Below the pieces are notes generated by a model. The model did no database searches and had not been told where the DNA came from. It saw nothing but the letters and a program-made list of their open reading frames with translations. The position numbers and the translations under genes are program-made. DNA of 63,997 nt, the filler included, from Streblomastix strix (taxonomy: Eukaryota), in assembly GCA_008636045.1 (NCBI GenBank). It is 4 parts of 4 records of this genome, joined end to end, with 100 filler letters (N's around TTAATTAATTAA, not from the genome) between each part and the next. Parts side by side here need not be neighbours in the genome. Positions count along the whole stretch, not along the records: positions 32,188 to 48,173 come from SNRW01000891.1; positions 48,274 to 63,997 come from SNRW01000946.1; 2 more parts are not named here. The stretch is one strand, 5' to 3'. Each line of letters starts with the position of its first letter. The first letter of the stretch is position 1. Shown piece by piece: positions 37,641 to 49,279 of this stretch.

Positions 37641-38067
37641 TTTTATTTTCTTTTGATATGCATTAATACTCGGACAAATCAATTTAAGCCAATATTAGCA
37701 AACCATCAAAAATAATTGAATTTCCACTTAAATAAAATATTTTATAAAAGTTTACCCTACTTTTTGCAAATTTTACTGTTTATTAAATCGAATAATTTAA
37801 TATTCAATACATTTTTTTGCATGTCTACAACGGAAACATGCTATTTTTTTCACAATAATTAATCACTTCAATAACACATCACATTGTATTCAACACTCAT
37901 TGTTCTCTGCATAATTATACGTATTTAAATATTGTATTAATTAATTTTCAATTTTTATTCAATTTTAATTTATTCTTAATATAGCAACTTTCAACAATTT
38001 AAATCTATTAAATAGTTATACATAAATACAGTTTTATTCTGAGATCTATTTATTTATTATTATTTAT

Positions 38068-41000
38068 ATGCTAGATTCATTGAAGTTTTATGGAGAAAGA
38101 GGATAAGTAACTTCTTTATAAATTGGGATTTAAGGTATTATTTTTATTCATTTCGTTCATTTTATAATTATCATGTATTTATGGATTTTTCTTCAGGTTC
38201 TAGCAACTCTTGGTTTGTTATTTAACTTTTATTGTGCAATTAATATACTTATTTTTGTTTAATCACCAAATAAAATCTTGTAGGAAGTAGTGATAATAAT
38301 TCGTTTGTTGATTTATTTCTTTATTTTTTATAACTTTATACACATCAACATATTTATGTGTCTTTTATTCAGCACTTTCAAAGTTAAAAAGAAAAATTCA
38401 GAAGTTATGGTTGCAAAAGTGATTAAAGAAAAGGATTTTAATATAAATAAATGGAATTTAATACAAGAAATTACTAAGTTTGTGTTTATTTTATTATTTT
38501 TTTTGTAAATTGAAAACATTTTTAACATAATTTTTATTTATTTTATATTATTTTATTTTATTTCTTATTGAAAACTTTTCTTTTATAATAAATATAGAGA
38601 TGACCAAAATCCATTTCTATTGAAGTATGAATCAGTATAAACATATGGAGAATATGCAATAATATTTGCTGAATATTCAAACAAAAAAGTTTGACTATTT
38701 ATTTTTTACTTATTTTAGTTATTTATTATACGCATAATTTAATAATAAAATTTATAATATTGTTTAGAGTATTAAGAACTTGATAGATACGAAGAAGAAA
38801 TTACCAATTCATGTGGTTCGCGCAATTATGAGATAATTGCGTATGAATAGTTTTTACAAATATTATTACCAACTTGATTTGTAATTTATTTATCCCATTT
38901 ACTTTTTATATAATTTTTATATTCATAATTAAAATCTGTTTAGTCGAAGGCATTCGTCTGATGGATGAAAAAGGATTAACTCATGGGTGTGTAAATAATA
39001 TAAAATAATAGAATATAAAGAATTAAAATCAACACTTATTTTACAAATTCTACATATTTTTTCTCTCTAGAATTTAAGTTTTATATTTCATTTAATTATA
39101 TTTTATTTAAATTTATTTAATATAATTATATTTATTAGAAACATAAATGAACATAACATTTTACTTGACAGTCCTCCTGGATCTGGGCGTGTGGTACGAA
39201 ATATGATAAGAATAATAACATTCATTCATTATATAAATTATTTTTATAATATATATATATATATATATTTATCTTTTTAGTACTTGAATATTGCTGGATT
39301 TGACTTTAATACTTAATAATAAGTTAATTAATTAGGAACAGCGCCCGACAATAAGTATGCAAATATAAACTGAATTTGTAAGTTTTATTAATATTTTTTT
39401 TTAAATTTTTTTTTAAATCAAAATATTTATATTAGATAATAGACATATAAAGCACCTGAAATTCAAATTGAAAATGAACATGTCTGGTCTGCAGGAATCC
39501 TTTTTTTCAAACTTTTGACTAATGAATATCCTTCAGGCTAATTGTCAATTAAAGAAGATAATCAGTTTGCAAATTATTGATACTTTAGTATAATTTACAA
39601 GAAATATTATTATTAATTAGAATACATTAATTATTTATACTATTAATTTATATTATACTCAATAATTAATATAAATATTCAGGTTTATCACAAGCAGAAG
39701 GATAGTTCGTCCTGATTCTATCAAAGATGACACAATCTGGAGTATTCTCACATAGATGCTTGAGTACTAGAGCAAAGATCGCATTACTGCAAGTGAAGCA
39801 TTATAGAGCCCATTTTTCACAGGAGAATAAGCTTTAACTGAAGTTTCACGTTAAGCTCAAAATTTTGCTAAAATGGAGTAGAAAGCAAAAGAAGATGGAA
39901 AAGAAGACGTTTCTAAATATGATTTAGACCCTTTGTTTATTATTCCTAACTCTTGTACACAAAATAATTAATTTATTATTACTTTGAATAATTTATTATT
40001 ATTTATTATTTCTTTTATATTATAATTTTAATAAAGTTTTTATTATGTTTATTCGATATTAAATAACTTTTAATATTATTATTTATAAATCATAGAAATC
40101 AAAGAAGATAAATTAGAATTTACAAATTTGATATATTATTCTTTGAAACGGTTTTTCTTCAAAGAGTTTCCTCCAGTAACAGTATTGTTCTTGCTTTCAG
40201 TTATTACAATTCTATTCATAAAACATAACAATCCTGATCTTGATACATCTTATAATCCTCATAATGCCTTAATACTTCTTAAATAGATTTGGAATACATT
40301 CAGTTTTAAAAAAGCACTAACTTCCTTCAGTATATTAAAGTTATGGAAAGGAATAGTATCAAGTCAATTAATCCTTCCATTTCTTTATTTTCACATGAGT
40401 AAGTCTAGATGGATTATCTACGTGATATCATTGTATGTAAAATTTTATTAATTTTAAAGATATTTAATATTATTAATCAATTATTTTATTAATCTATTAT
40501 TTTAATAATTATTAATCTATTATTTTTATTATTAAAATTGTAGTTCTTCGGTATTATATTAATTGGAAAGGCCAAATAATAGAAGAAAATCTCTGTAACT
40601 TACTTTATCAATAATTCTTGTCTGGGGATTAATAATTGTTTGATTATACTTATTTCTTTTTATATTAATCATTTTATTTTGATTTAATTATTTATTATTT
40701 TTTCATATTTTTTCATATTTTTCAATTATTTTCTTCAGGTTATTTCATCATTATTATGGGATTTCTACCAGATTAATTACCCATTCTTTCTGTTCGTAGA
40801 TTCTATTTAATAACTTAACAAATAGTAATATTCTTATCTATAATTTGCAGTGGTACTCTACTGTTTTTTCTTCAGAAAAGCTGGTTGGTAAGGGTTAATG
40901 AATATTATTATTCATCATCTATTAAGTATAATTATCAGTTTAGCTGTTAGAATGTTATATGACTTTATCCGTACGGAATATTCAGTGATTAAGAAGATCA

Positions 41001-42243
41001 TCAATCCTCAATCAAAGGATGAAAAATAGCAAAAAATTTATAAGAAATCATAACATAAACATAAAAGGAAACTATCTAAACAAACAATTGAGTAATTATC
41101 TGATGTGAAAACATTTTTCTTAGGCATTATTGGTGTTGCAATAATCATTTCCATATACAACGATTCCTATTAGAAAGCTAAGTTCATAGCATTTTCTAAA
41201 ATGATATAGTATAAATAGAGAGATAATACATAATAAGAAAATTAAAAAGGGTTTATTAATTAATTGAGGGTGTTAGATTAACAATTGAAAGATCTCAAGA
41301 AATAGAACGCCAGAGATAATAATGATTATAATAGGGATCAAATTGAACATTTGACAAATGAACTCAAGAATCTGTTGAAGGAAATAGCTGAAAAAGTATG
41401 TTATGTGAATTGTTTTTATCATATGATCATATTTATAACTCATTTTTAATATAACAATTATTATTTTGTACCATATTTATTATTACTGTTATTATTCAAT
41501 ATATTTATTAAATTCCATATTTTTATACAGACTCCTGACAGACAGGAGCCAGCATAAGATCAAATTCAATCTGTAATGTCTAAGTTGCTTCCAACAGGGC
41601 TGGATAACATCGCTTTTAAGGATTCTGGTGCTTCTATCTTGGCACATTCAATTGGGTTCAATCACACATAACTGGATCCAATGATTGTTCTTGAGGTATT
41701 TTTATTATAAATAGTTGTTTTCAAATTTATTTTATATACTTATCCTAACTTTTTAATTTATTTATCATTTTCCTATTAATATATATATTTTAGGGTTCTG
41801 ATATTGATCTTGGAGAATGCTTCCCATTGATGGTCGAAAAAGTCAAGAAAGGAAAAGAACTCAAAATGAAAACTCAATATATCACAATTGAGTTCGCTCA
41901 TGATCATCAAATCACTGCCGTAACAATCTCGCATGTTCCAGCTTATTTAACGGAGACTTTCACATCAGCTCCTCGAGATTTCTCAGTGACGTGTATAAAC
42001 GATGTGCCTAAAAAACCATTGTAGTTGAAGACGAAGAAAGAAGAGCTAGTGATTGTAGAAGATACTTTTGATCCAGAGCTTCTCCCACACCAGACTTTTG
42101 AAGCTGTCACGATTGAAGGGAAAGAAGAATATCGTAGTTGTGAAGCAATCCGATTTGATTTCTTCTCAAACTATGGGAATGAAGATTTTACCTGCGTTTA
42201 TCGTCTGTAGGTGCACTCAACAAATTCAGATAAGAATGCATGA
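38068..42243 (+). CDS. Pseudokinase - multi-TM - coiled coil - SUN (Sad1/UNC-84) domain protein, >=13 exons; start approximate
   Basis: Phase-consistent GT-AG exons. Kinase fold ~38373-39954: VMVAKVIK, LTHGNINEHNILLDSPPGSGRV, NIAGFDF, YKAPE, VWSAGI, DRITASEALQSPFF. TM-rich exons 40096-40432, 40544-40637, 40739-41395. SUN exons 41531-41695 and 41794-42243: NIAFKDSGASI, LGECFP, AVTISHV, SAPRDFSV, QTF, SNYGNEDFTCVYRLQVH. Confidence 0.75.
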
Positions 42244-42642
42244 GGAAAGTTGCATTTAAATACTGCATCTCAAGAGCTGTTAGTTATTAATTCTTTTAAA
42301 AGTGGTTAGTTCAAATAATAAACTTATTTATCGTTATTCAGAACTAAACAAAAGGCAAAATTAAATTATTTTTTTAATGTATAGAGATTTATTGAACGAT
42401 TAACACTTCATCGAAAAGATGAGCTAGCAGATACAACTAATGAATGAAACATATCTGAATTATTACTGAAAAAGAAACGTCCATAGTTAATCATGCAAGT
42501 GATCAAAAATAAATAAAAATTACTAATGAATAAATCTACTGTTGTTGAATTTATAAACTCAACTTCTTACATCCATGTTGTGAATATAAATATCAATCAT
42601 TCTTCATTTCATTCTTCATTTCATTATCATTCATTTACCAAA

Positions 42643-43292
42643 TCATTCTTCATCTCCATCTTCCTCATCAATGACAATTTCACCATCGCTATTCACTTCA
42701 TATTCTCCTTTTGCTTTTTCTTCCTAATAGCGTTCTTTGTCTTTCTCGGCTTTTTCGGTGTATGGCTGTCGTATATGATGTGAATATATATAAGAATAAA
42801 GTTTTAATTCAAATGTATCTTTATATATAGAACAAACGGCCTTATCCTCATCACTAAGCTCCTTCCACAGCTTCCCAATTTTCTTTACCAAATCAGTGTC
42901 TTTCAATTCTGGAGTCTCCTTCTTCAGTTCTTCCTTTTTCTCGGCCGTGTAGATTTAATACGCAGTCAGCGCTTTCTTCGGTCCCTGGTATAGTTATTAT
43001 GTATGGAATATGACAGAAAAATAAAAATTCATACAATTTTTTTCGCTGTCTTCGTCTTTCCAGGTGTAGTAGTTGGTGTCTTGCCCTTTTTAGGTGTTCC
43101 TTTGGGTGTGTTTTTCCCTTTAGTTTTTGGTGTTTTGGGGACATCGGATACTTTGGGCGAAGCATCCTTCGGTGTAGACGGGCCGCTCTTTCCTGTGGAT
43201 TTTTTTCGCTCAAGTGTGTCGGTTTCGGACTACTTCCTTGAAAGTGGGGTTGCTTCACGCAAGTTGTGCTTTGGTGTATTGGTTTCTGACAT
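42643..43292 (-). CDS. HMG-box protein (HMGB/Nhp6-like) with basic S/TP-rich N-tail and acidic C-tail, 2 introns
   Basis: Spliced product: GPKKALTAYQIYTAEKKEELKKETPELKDTDLVKKIGKLWKELSDEDKA|PYTEKAEKDKERYQEEK...IDEEDGDEE-TGA. Confidence 0.88.
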
Positions 43293-43953
43293 GATCAAAA
43301 TCTGAAAAATAAAAACTAAATATATCATTCAGGAAATTTATGTGAATGTTTTAATGTAGCATGAATATTTGACATATATAATGGGTATATTTTGAACTTG
43401 AAATATTAAATTTTATAATTATATATTGAGAGTAAATCATTAATTGTCGTAATATTAAAATTACAGTGTAAAAAATTCGAATATATCATTAGTTGTTGCA
43501 AAATATATTGAAAAATACTACGGTTATATTAAATTCGTTATATATTTATCTCGTTAATGCATAACTAGTGAGAATTCTAGCTTTTAGTAATTTCTTTGTA
43601 AATTTCTAATAGGAAGAGTTACCAGATATATCATATATAGTATTATGATTTATTTATATATTTAAACACAAATTTGAGTTTTATGGACTTATAAAATGGT
43701 CAACACCCGCGAAATTAAATTTTCAAACCAAACTTAGTTCATTCGGTCGAACAAGTAAAATGCTTTTTAACCAATGAAAATCAACTAAGTTCATTTTAGT
43801 TAATTATTTTTCGCTCATTAGTATGAATTTATTAACTGATATGGAAAAAAAAATGAAGTCTAAAGAAAAATCAATGTAAATGAATGTAAAAAATAGTAAT
43901 GAAAAGCCAATATTCAATAAATGAAATGAATTTAAGATAATATGAAATCCCTT

Positions 43954-45275
43954 TCATATCACTTTTCTATCTTTGAGAAATGAAGTTAAAGCGCTCTACC
44001 TTTTTATCTGCTTGTATGATCTATGTCTTATTTTGGGTTTCTTATCACTAAAATCACAATCAAATAAAATAAACCATATAATAATAAATAAAGATGCAAA
44101 ATTTAATATTTAATTATTAAATATCTATAATTCATTTTATATTTCATACGTTCTATTCCATTTTGGTGGTATAGTTAATCCTTCGCCTTCAAGCATCTTT
44201 TAGTAGTCAACAAGTATATTACTGGATGGCTATAGTGCAGTATAATAATAATAAACAATAAAATGCATAAACATTAAGATATATTGTTGATTTAAATATC
44301 ACACTGTAAGTTACCGAAGTGTGTTTGGTATTTATGACTCAAGTAAAACTTCTTCTGGTTCTGCTTTCATTCTGAATGAAAAAATAATAATTAAATTATA
44401 TTATTTACAAATATTTTAATTTATATTAATTAATTTATAATAATAAGTATTATTTCTATATACGTTCTATTTCCATATTTTGTTGGCCTTTCTGCTTTCT
44501 TTGCTGCGTGTTTGTCAATAAACACAAATTTCCCAATTTTTTTGTGTATCACTTTTTATACTGATTTCTTCACTTTATTATTAATTAATAATCTTTTTGC
44601 AGCTTTTAACTTAGCAAATTGCATCCCCAAACTCGTAATTTTCCCCCTTTTCATCATTTTCTTCAACAATGCCGCTCGTTTCTTGATGTTTTCTTCTTAT
44701 TTTTTCTGCCCAGCAAATATTCTTCTGGCTTCTTACAGTTGATTGTTGAAGTTGTTTTTCGTATTTTCTTTTATTTTTTATTATTTTTTCTCTCTTTTTC
44801 GTTGTTTCCTATTTTTATCAATCTCTTTCTATTCGTTTCTTAGTTAAATTTCAGCTTATTTTTATTCTTCTTTGGTTTTCTGATTCTCTTCTTCATTATC
44901 GCTGTCAAAATCACCAGTAATTAAATCAGCGAGGGTGTCCATCTCTAAATCCACTCCTTTATCTTACGCGATGTATTAAATGTCTCTTTTAAGCTTTCTT
45001 TCATCTTTTTCAGTTTTTTTGATCTTTTTCACAGCATGAGAGACTGCTTCCATTCGGAGGTTTGAGTCGGGGTTGTATGAAGCTGCGCTTGTGGGGAGGA
45101 AAGCGCCAATCTCCTCAGGTATAAGAGAATCAATTTTATTTCTCTTAGGCGGTTCGTAAGCCATAATTGGAGTCATTAGTATTCTCTTCGTCTTCTTCTT
45201 TGGGAGATTTTTACCTCTTAAGTCAGATTGAGTAGCTGCATCGGCCCATATATCAGTAATTTCGCATTTTTTCAT
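43954..45275 (-). CDS. NOP53: Ribosome biogenesis protein NOP53 (GLTSCR2/PICT1), spliced; N-terminus uncertain
   Basis: DIWA, LPTSAASYNP...EAVSHAVK, a K/E-rich middle, and C-terminal EVLLESQIPNTLRQLT|PSSNILVDYQKMLEGEG. These match the Nop53 pattern (G.SYNP; L..EL..SLR.LKP..NLL.D). Confidence 0.75.
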
Positions 45276-45598
45276 ATATCTATGCAAAATAATCAATATT
45301 ATAAATAAAAAATCTATTTGAAATAATTATTAAAAGTTTCTCATCGTGCTAAATGCGATTTATTTTGGGAAAAATTCAGTCGTCAAAAATCGGTCTATCT
45401 TCATATTTATACAGTATAATTAGCCAATAATTATATTACAATCTGCAATGTTATACAAAAATTCGACTTTTAACAAATTGCTAAGGCAAAAAACGCAATT
45501 TACTTTGCAAATAATTGATCTTCGCATATATACAGTCAAATTCAATATGCTTAATGAAAAAGCAAGTCGTACCGAGTTTTTGGTACAAAATAATAATA

Positions 45599-46933
45599 TC
45601 ATACATTTTTATTGTGCTGTTCGTCCGGCTCAGACGATGGTTCCTTTATACGGGGTCTTTTCCGCTTCTTAGGCTTAAAATCATCAGACTATTCATCATC
45701 CTCTTTATACTCAAGAATATCATCCTCATCCTTCACCTAAAAATCATCCTACTTCCTCTTAACAGGTCTCCCCGACATCGTGGCTCTCGGATTTATCTGC
45801 ATCTAATCTTCTTCAGCGTCTTCATCTCCTTAGTCATCAGACGCATCACTCCCTGCCTATTAAGACGTATCATTGGCAGCTCCATTAGCATCAGCCTTCT
45901 CAGTCTAACTCTGCCCTTATCGAACCCCTCGAACTCCCTTTTTTCTAGCTGAGTAAGTTAATCCTGGACATGCATCTCTTATGGGCCTCAAAGCAAAACC
46001 AAAGAAGAGAGGTCCAGATAATCTTGGGTTCTTACGAGATGGGCAGTAATGCTTCAATGCTGATGTCCATGCTGAAGTGGAGGTGATACCTTCAAACTGT
46101 GGTGCACCAAGTTCGCATGCTTGGACATAGAATTTTTTATCTACAAACTCTGAAACAAACATTTTTCTTATGTATGTCACTGCAGAGCGATATTGATTAG
46201 GGATCATGTTCTGTATAACTTTAGATGTACTCGCTTAATCAAATTCACCTCTATTGAGTAAGTAGCATGTCCCAACTCGTGAATCATGTACTGCTATCAT
46301 TATCTTGAACTTCCTTAGATCAGCAGTTACTATGTACTGTCCATACTTCCCAGGCAGTAATCCTTCTGAATCAACACCTTCCCACGGATTCTCATATTAA
46401 TCATCAATAAGTTCAACTCGCTGTGTTGTATCATCTAGATTAATTGCTACACCCATATTAGTCATCTCATTGTTGGCAATCTGAGTGTATCCAAATCCTG
46501 GAGTATAGAACATTCCAAGGTTGGTGTCCTCACTACCATATATGCCACGGGTGACTTGAGGTTGTGGAATTATGGTGGTTTGTTGTGGGCCGATATGTTA
46601 TGCTGGGATTCCAAAAGTTGTCATGATGGGAATGGAGTTGTATTAGTTTATCGGTCGCAAGCCCTGGGCTTGAAAGCTGGCTTGGCTGATTTCAGACGCT
46701 TCTACAGGATAGCCCCAGGGCATCTGGTCATTGAAGTGTGGGGCGGTAGTTGGAGCAGGAGCGTTGGTGTTTGTGTTATCCTGGGAAAAGTTAGAGTGCT
46801 AAAAATAAATTAATAAGTATACTTTTTTATCTTCCTTCTCTGTATTCGAGCCAGTCGCCGAATCGGCAACTAGAATACTATCATTTTGTTCGAATTTGAA
46901 GGAATTATTTTCATTTACCCTGTGTTCCTCCAT
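45599..46933 (-). CDS. FYR (FYRN/FYRC) domain protein with acidic tail and NLS-like KKRKRPR
   Basis: 1335-bp code-6 frame MEEHRVNEN...MIPNQYRSAVTY...FEGITSTSAWTSALKHY...RLSGPLFFGFA...DFKPKKRKRPRIKE...NV-TGA. F.G.S...AW and SGP.FFG are FYRC hallmarks. Confidence 0.7.
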
Positions 46934-48173
46934 ATCCTTAAATGTATGATATAATAAAATACTAGTATTAAAGAATAAAATAAATTTTAATAAAGAATTA
47001 TAATTGTATATTAAAATAGATATTGAATAAAGTGAGAATTTCAAAATATTTTTAAAATATGTATTTCACGTTATTTGTGAAGTTTAACAATAGTATAATT
47101 CAAATAATTCTTTAAAATAAATCAAAATTTTTATTTTATTTATACCTTATGTTATAATGATTATTATATGGCCGCGAAACGTTAATTAATTAAAATCATT
47201 AAAAAAAATAATTCTTTCGCCTTAAGATTCTAAATTATTATTCAGATTATTTTATTACTAAATTAATCTAAAAAATGAAAATATTTTAAATTTTAATAAA
47301 TTTAAAATATTTAAAAGAATAGTGTCACTGTAAATTATAGTACTTCTGGAATTTCAGGTACTGCCTGATCTGCACATCCAAGCATCCATTTTAGTTCAAC
47401 ATTTGTATGAATAAACTAGATCAAAATACAAGTGCGTACTTTTGCGGGATTGATCAGTTGTGATCTGGTTAATTGGCAAGAACAATAATAAGAGAAAAAA
47501 TCAGAATGCAGATCAACTAGATCAAAGTTATGATCAAATAGTATAAAATAAATTTATTTGATGTAAAAACTATTAAAATATCTCCGAAACAAATACATTG
47601 CATTTACTAGAAGAATTGCATAAAATTTGTTAGCGGGGAACTTGTCCAGCAAACCCTGTAAAATAAAAACTGCAATTAATAATATAAAATAATAAGACAT
47701 ATTATAATTCATATGTGTATATCTATTGCGTGTATTTGTATAATTGGTTGAGTGAGAAATCGAATGAACATTACCTAGAAATTTTCAAGCCATTTTATGA
47801 AGTCCATGCATAACAAATGCTAAACTACATTCTATAAATTATGAATTCGTTGGTTAATAAATAATAAAATTTATAAATTTTGACAAATTGCATATTATGG
47901 ACCACGGACTGCAGTTCTCGCCAACCAGCTTACTACTTTGTTTCTATCTGTATAAATACTCATATATCTACGATTCAATGCAAAATTCATTAAATATCAA
48001 AGCACGTAGCAATCCCAAGGTGCGTACCAGCTCGAGCAGTTAACCAAATAATAGCCAAGTTTTTCCATCCATCCCTCAATCCGAGAGATTATCTTACTCT
48101 ATATTCTAGCATAATTTAACATGTACTATGAAATTTTAAAATTAATTTAATTTTATATTTTATCTATTACTTA

Positions 48174-48273
48174 NNNNNNNNNNNNNNNNNNNNNNNNNNN
48201 NNNNNNNNNNNNNNNNNTTAATTAATTAANNNNNNNNNNNNNNNNNNNNNNNNNNNNNNNNNNNNNNNNNNNN
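48174..48273. other. Artificial contig-joining linker
   Basis: N44-TTAATTAATTAA-N44. Confidence 0.97.
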
Positions 48274-49246
48274 GAAAGAAGAAGATTTTGAATATGGAGA
48301 ATGGCAGACTGGAATCAAACTTACAAAGTATTAAATATTAAATACAATTTTTAATTCATTTTCATGTATTTATTTCATATTTATATATTAATTCAGGAAT
48401 ATGCAGAATCCATTTGTGCTTAAGTACTTCAATACCAATATGAATGGAGAATACACTTTGACCTAGATGGAATATGCAAACCTTGGAGTATGATATTATT
48501 TATAATAGAAACCATAAATGATTCATCGAATTATGCAAATAGATGCTAATTGATATATAATATATTTATTTTTATAAATGAGATGATATGAGGCAGAATG
48601 CAAATATATAATATATATATTATTGAATGAATACTTTAATAGCAATTACTATTTTATATGATTTTTATATTAAAGTTATTTTATAATACAATTGATAAAT
48701 TTTTATTTATTAATGTTCCCTATATACAAAGTGCATATATATACTTTATTTATTAACCTCATATATAATAAAATATTAGTATCTAAAAAGAAAAAAAAAA
48801 TATTATTAATCTGGTAAATAATTAAATTTTTTATAGAAAATTCTCATTAAAATATATCGTATAAAATTTATCTAACTCTAAAAAAATTCATTTAATTATA
48901 TTAATTTAAAATTCAATCTCTACTTCATATCATATCATATATAAATATAAAGTAATATAAATCAATTCACATCAATTTGCAAAGATCGAAAAAGCAGTTT
49001 TTTAAACCAAGAACAAATTAGAAAATATATTTTTGCTAAATTATTATTAAAATATTATATTTCATTAATATTATTTCTTATTAATTAATTATAATCAGAG
49101 TCTGAACAATATAATTGAATAGAAGAAATATCTACCAATTCCTATAATTCGTGTCATCATGAAACAAATTCGTGTGCAATTATTTGAATTAAGAAATTTA
49201 AAATCTTTTAATTATATTTTATAAATTAAACTTAAATTTATAATTA

Positions 49247-49279
<33 letters not shown>

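Noticed and set aside
45275..45605. Possible FYR-NOP53 fusion through an intron
   Set aside because: The donor after AAT (phase 0) and the gcatag acceptor (needs phase 2) are incompatible, and the FYR frame has its own TGA at 45599-45601.
41794..46933. Cluster of nuclear-function genes (SUN, HMG-box, NOP53, FYR) as a functional unit
   Set aside because: Mixed orientation, different pathways and no shared motif seen; chance adjacency in a compact genome is sufficient.
47320..48110. GC-richer exon-like blocks on the minus strand
   Set aside because: I could not join them into a stop-free recognisable protein; left unannotated.
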